DNA of 11,721 nucleotides from a virus (Duplodnaviria; Heunggongvirae; Uroviricota; Caudoviricetes): IMG/VR virus record IMGVR_UViG_2663762849_000017; one strand, 5' to 3'. Shown piece by piece: positions 7,937 to 11,721 of this stretch (position 1 is its first letter; each line of letters starts with the position of its first letter). The notes under the pieces were generated by a model. It saw only the letters and a program-made list of their open reading frames with translations, ran no database searches and was not told where the DNA came from. The position numbers and the translations under genes were made by a program.

Positions 7937-8790
7937 GAGCGATCCTCCAGCGCCTTATGCGCACGCCGACGATTTGCCAAAAGCCCATGGGTGGGCGCAA
8001 AGACAAATGCTAAAAGAAACAGCAGTGTCTGCGCCACCACGATGATTCCACCTGTCGCGCCGTCCAGAAAGTAACTGACCCACGCGCCGAGGAAACTGGT
8101 TACACTGCCAATAGTTACAGCAATCATGAGCAGGCGGGGAAAACGATCGGTTAACAACCATGCTGTTGCACCGGGAGTCACCACCAGACAGATCACCAGA
8201 AAGGCACCAACCGTTTGCAGCGCCGCAACGGTCGAAACCGACAGCAGGGTGAAGAAGAGGAGTTTTAATCTGCCCGGATGCAATCCAATAGCACGGGCGT
8301 GATTCTCGTCGAAAAAGGTCACCATAAGATCTTTCCATTTGAAAAAAAGCACGATGATCGAGAGAATGCCAATGATAGTGAGTTGCAGGATATCCGCCGG
8401 ATCGATTGCCAGAATATTGCCCAGGACGATGGTCTGAATGTTCACAGATGTCGGGTTCAATGACACCATAAACAGCCCCAGGCCAAAAAAGGACGAGAAG
8501 ATCAGACCGATGATGGCATCTTCTTTTAAGCGGGTGCGTTGGTTAAGAAACAGCATGCTGCCCGCAGCCAGTCCGCCGGAAAAGAAGGCTCCCAGAGAAA
8601 ACGGAAGCCCCAGCATATATGCCCCCGCAACACCCGGGACAATAGAGTGCGACAACGCATCGCCAATCAGCGACCAGCCTTTTAGCATCAGATAGCATGA
8701 CAGGAAAGCGCAGAGACCGCCGACCATCGCCGAGACCCACATCGCATTGAGCATATATTCATAGCTGAAGGGTTCCAGTAGCACGTTCAT
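7933..8790 (-). CDS. sitC: Mn/Fe ABC transporter permease SitC
   Basis: 285-aa polytopic membrane protein. Its start overlaps the sitB stop by 4 bp. Confidence 0.85.
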
Positions 8791-9614
8791 CTTTCTTCCC
8801 TCTGCACCGCTGACGGTCGATGAGCCACAAAAGGGCGTTCATCGTCAGTAATAATGCTTTCTTCCGAGCCGTTAAGTGTGACATGGCGCAGTACGCCGCT
8901 AAAAGCCAGCTCTAGGTTCTCGGCTGTAAAAGTGGTGTCTGTCGGCCCGCTTGCCAGGACGGTGCCTTTGACCATGACCGTATAATCGCAAAATGTCGTG
9001 ACGGATCCGAGATTGTGTGTTGAGACAAGCATCGTTTTGCCTTCCGCGCGTAACTCCCTCAACAGGCTGATGATTTTGGCTTCGGTTTTCACATCAACGC
9101 CAGTAAAAGGTTCATCCAGCAGGATCACATCACCCTGCTGTGCAATCGCTCTCGCCAGAAAGACGCGTTTCTTTTGTCCACCGGAAAGCTCGCCGATTTG
9201 TCGATGGCGAAAATTCACCATATCGACACGTTCCAGCGCATCGGTGACAATTTGACGATCCCTCTTTTTGGCGATACGCAACATACCCATATGCCCATAG
9301 CGGCCCATCATCACCACATCTTCCACCAGTACAGGAAATGACCAGTCAACCTCTTCTGACTGAGGGACGTAGGCAACCAGGTTTTTCTGTAACGCCTGTC
9401 GCGTGGGAATACCCAGAACAGATATCTTTCCGCTGGTCAGACGCACAAATCCCATAATCGCTTTAAACAACGTCGATTTTCCGGAACCGTTTACCCCAAC
9501 CAGAGCGGCAATAGATCCACTTGGTACTGTGAAGGATGCATCGCGCAGTGCTGTGTGCCCGTTATGCCAGGTGACAGCAACATCATTAACGACAATGCCT
9601 GCAGATTGCATCAT
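8787..9614 (-). CDS. sitB: Mn/Fe ABC transporter ATP-binding protein SitB
   Basis: Walker [13 protein letters not shown] signature LSGGQKKR, Walker B ILLDEPF and H-loop STHN in the translation. Its start overlaps the sitA stop. Confidence 0.9.
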   Translation of the reverse strand: MMQSAGIVVNDVAVTWHNGHTALRDASFTVPSGSIAALVGVNGSGKSTLFKAIMGFVRLTSGKISVLGIPTRQALQKNLVAYVPQSEEVDWSFPVLVEDVVMMGRYGHMGMLRIAKKRDRQIVTDALERVDMVNFRHRQIGELSGGQKKRVFLARAIAQQGDVILLDEPFTGVDVKTEAKIISLLRELRAEGKTMLVSTHNLGSVTTFCDYTVMVKGTVLASGPTDTTFTAENLELAFSGVLRHVTLNGSEESIITDDERPFVAHRPSAVQREER

Positions 9615-10528
9615 TATTTCTCCCTTTTCCCGGCTTTAATTCCCTGTACCAGCGTACTGGTAGTAACCTTAAGAAGGTCGATATACGTCGGTACCGGGCC
9701 GTTTTCTGTGCTCAGGGAATCGACATAGAGCACACCGCCGTAGTGTGCGCCGGTTTCACGCGCAACCTGACGCGCTGGTTTATCGGAAATCGTACTCTCG
9801 CTAAAGACTGCCGGGATATGATTTTTCTTAACTATATCAACAACCTTACGTACCTGCTGCGGTGTTCCTTGTTGATCGGCATTAATCGGCCACAGATAAA
9901 GCTCTTTTAGCCCCAAATCGCGTGCGAGATAAGAAAAAGCCCCTTCACTGGTGACCATCCATCGCTGATTCTCAGGGAGTTCCGTAATCTGCTTACGCAG
10001 GGGGGCAAGGGTTTGGGTAATCTTGGCTTTATAAGTATCGGCATTGCGTTGGTAGGTTTGTGCATTTGCCGGATCGTATTTTATCAACGCATCACGAATA
10101 TTATCGACGTAAATCAGAGCATTATCTGGCGACATCCATGCATGGGGGTTAGGTTTGCCCTCATAGGGTCCTTCGGTGATCCCTACAGGCGTCACACCCG
10201 AAGAGACAATTACTTCTGGAACCCCATTGAGATGCTGGTAAAAGCGTTGGAACCACAATTCCAGATTCATACCATTGGCGAGAATCAGTTGTGCCCCCTG
10301 CGCACGTTTAATATCGCCAGGGGTAGGCTGATACTCATGAATTTCTGCACCAGGCTTGGTTATGGATGAGACTTCTGCAGCATCTCCCGCCACGTTTTTG
10401 GCCATATCCGCGATGATGGTAAATGTTGTAATGACCTTAAATTTTTCAGTTGCACTTGCCTGAAATGCGATCGAGCAGGTGAGTGCGAGGCTCCCCAAGA
10501 GCATGGTTACTTTTTTTATTGAGCGCAT
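9614..10528 (-). CDS. sitA: Periplasmic Mn/Fe-binding protein SitA (cluster A-I substrate-binding protein)
   Basis: 304 aa with an N-terminal signal peptide ([26 protein letters not shown]). Overall resemblance to the SitA/YfeA/MntC family, recalled from memory. First gene of the operon, with metalloregulator boxes upstream. Confidence 0.85.
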   Translation of the reverse strand: MRSIKKVTMLLGSLALTCSIAFQASATEKFKVITTFTIIADMAKNVAGDAAEVSSITKPGAEIHEYQPTPGDIKRAQGAQLILANGMNLELWFQRFYQHLNGVPEVIVSSGVTPVGITEGPYEGKPNPHAWMSPDNALIYVDNIRDALIKYDPANAQTYQRNADTYKAKITQTLAPLRKQITELPENQRWMVTSEGAFSYLARDLGLKELYLWPINADQQGTPQQVRKVVDIVKKNHIPAVFSESTISDKPARQVARETGAHYGGVLYVDSLSTENGPVPTYIDLLKVTTSTLVQGIKAGKREK

Positions 10529-10560
10529 AATTTAGTACCTATAGTGAGCAAAATTAGAAC

Positions 10561-10582
10561 AAACATAGCAACGGCTATGTTT
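10561..10582. promoter_or_regulatory. MntR-type operator: perfect inverted repeat AAACATAGC-N4-GCTATGTTT
   Basis: The 9-bp arms are exact reverse complements and match the MntR box architecture described at E. coli mntH, as I recall it. It lies 33-54 bp upstream of the sitA start, just downstream of the putative -10. Confidence 0.7.
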
Positions 10583-10609
10583 TATAACATAACCTATACA
10601 GAATGAAAA
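10581..10609 (-). promoter_or_regulatory. Putative sigma70 promoter of sitABCD (-35 TTTTCA, 17-bp spacer, -10 TATAAA on the minus strand)
   Basis: Hexamers read on the minus strand. The -35 overlaps the Fur-box-like sequence and the -10 abuts the MntR palindrome. Confidence 0.4.
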
Positions 10610-10623
10610 TGATTATCATTAGC
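10605..10623. promoter_or_regulatory. Fur-box-like sequence GAAAATGATTATCATTAGC
   Basis: 16 of 19 positions match the Fur consensus GATAATGATAATCATTATC. It overlaps the putative -35 of the sit promoter. Confidence 0.65.
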
Positions 10624-10721
10624 ATTTTTGAGGCCCAAAACAGGGATTAGTTTGTTTCCTGCTGGATGAAAGGACTCTTGGGATAGCACATGCCGCACGA
10701 AGAGCAGCATTACATGATGTT

Positions 10722-10961
10722 TTGTCGAATGAGCTACGAATCCTGATAGAAATACGAAACAAGCTAGCACATGGACAATGGATCTATCCCTTCAATAATG
10801 AAGGAAATACTGTGGACCCTGATAAATATAAATTAATCAATAAAGAAAACTTGCAGTCACTCCAATTCAAATATTCATTAGCACAGCATTTAGTTGACGC
10901 TGTACATGATTTGGTTGTAAGTCCTACGACATTCGAACGAGATTTCGAAAGCCATTTTTAA
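10722..10961 (+). pseudogene. Possible gene remnant or small ORF in AT-rich DNA (79 codons, TTG start, no Shine-Dalgarno); product not recognised
   Basis: The frame opens only 30 codons upstream (TGA at 10629-10631) with no ATG. The translation is protein-like (ELRILIEIRNKLAHGQWIYPF...), but a TTG start without an RBS suggests either a 5'-truncated remnant of a larger gene or a non-gene. Confidence 0.25.
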
Positions 10962-11223
10962 AAATTATATCAAGTACGAACAAACTTAGTGACAAAAGAC
11001 TACGAAAAATATAAAACAATTTTAGTATTAAGTAGAGAGAAATTTCGTTCTGCTAGGACGCAGCAATAGGTTCATGAGATTCTCTGATACTTGTTACCTT
11101 AGTAAGCCTTAAATTTTTAAAAATTCTTTTACGTCCACTCCTCGCTCATAACAGGCATTAACTACATTTATCTTCATTGGCTATGCAAGTCGTAATAAAA
11201 GGTGGGACAAAACTGAGACACAT

Positions 11224-11254
11224 AAGGTCTCACAAAGGTCTGCAAGGCCTCACA
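11224..11254 (+). repeat. Three phased direct repeats AAGGYCT (at 11224, 11235, 11244), two followed by CACA
   Basis: AAGGTCTCACA / AAGGTCTGCA / AAGGCCTCACA at roughly 10-bp spacing, about 200 bp from the icd junction. These are candidate protein-binding sites, e.g. recombinase arm-type or Xis-type sites. Confidence 0.3.
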
Positions 11255-11443
11255 TGTATTGAGATGTTAATAAAATGTAGACTTGTAATTTTGATATAAA
11301 TGGTAGATAAAACCTTTCCCCAAAATAAAAACGAACGTCAATGAAATCAAACGGTTGAATAAAGTTGATTTTGGCTAATAAAAAAACAATAAAATAATTT
11401 TTATCATTAAATATCAATGACTTGAACTTAATATTTTTATATA

Positions 11444-11608
11444 CTGCTGCGCCATATGGGCTGGACTGAAGCCGCAGACCTGATTGTTAAAGGTATGGAA
11501 GGCGCAATCAACGCGAAGACCGTAACCTATGACTTCGAACGTCTGATGGAAGGCGCTAAACTGCTAAAATGTTCAGAGTTTGGTGACGCGATCATCAAGA
11601 ACATGTAA
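11444..11608 (+). pseudogene. icd: 3'-terminal 165-bp fragment of isocitrate dehydrogenase gene (icd), marking the prophage attachment-site junction
   Basis: Translation [54 protein letters not shown] matches the Icd C-terminus with a few substitutions. Homology begins abruptly at 11444, with unrelated AT-rich DNA upstream. The length is exactly 165 bp, the size of the icd 3' segment duplicated by e14 / phage 21 integration. Confidence 0.85.
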
Positions 11609-11632
11609 TCTCTACATGTGTTAAATATTGAA

Positions 11633-11660
11633 ACGGGCGTATAACACGCCCGTTGTTTTT
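11633..11660 (+). terminator. Rho-independent terminator downstream of icd
   Basis: ACGGGCGT (11633-11640), loop ATAAC, ACGCCCGT (11646-11653), followed by TGTTTTT. Confidence 0.7.
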
Positions 11661-11721
11661 ATAAATATGTTAACCGTTATAAAATAACGTATCAAAAGTC
11701 AAGTGAACACATTTCAAATAT

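Noticed and set aside
7955-8740. ORFs 7955-8338 (-), 8278-8463 (+), 8438-8695 (+) and 8543-8740 (-)
   Set aside because: All are nested within or antisense to sitC, which is part of a tightly coupled operon with overlapping stop/start codons.
8998-10369. + strand ORFs 8998-9255, 9403-9639 and 10013-10369
   Set aside because: Antisense to sitB and sitA, whose translations carry canonical ABC-ATPase motifs and a signal peptide respectively.
11112-11125. Perfect 14-bp palindrome AATTTTTAAAAATT considered as an operator
   Set aside because: It consists only of A/T in a ~30% GC region, where such palindromes occur by chance. It is noted within the AT-rich segment finding but not called as a feature.

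Overview
This window reads as the right-hand end of a defective phage-21/lambda-like prophage sitting at the icd locus of an Escherichia/Shigella-type chromosome. All identifications are from reading the sequence and recalling known families; no alignments or searches were run. From left to right: a late-operon leader with an intrinsic terminator, then an S21-type pinholin gene. Next is a 1195-codon ORF whose first ~65 codons look like the N-terminus of a SAR endolysin and whose remainder is a near full-length lambda J-like tail-tip protein. This implies an in-frame deletion of the whole head/tail morphogenesis block. After an intrinsic terminator comes a lambda Stf-like side tail fibre gene with a low-GC, lectin-like C-terminal domain, then two small coupled ORFs of unknown function. 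On the opposite strand lies a complete sitABCD Mn/Fe ABC-transporter operon, with a Fur-box-like sequence and a perfect MntR-type palindrome in its promoter. The window ends with an AT-rich segment and a 165-bp 3' fragment of icd with its terminator, which marks the attachment-site junction. Nothing here is confidently a new system. The most open questions are the R'::J fusion, the two small ORFs after stf, and the AT-rich segment next to the att junction. No tRNA, CRISPR array or IS element was seen.
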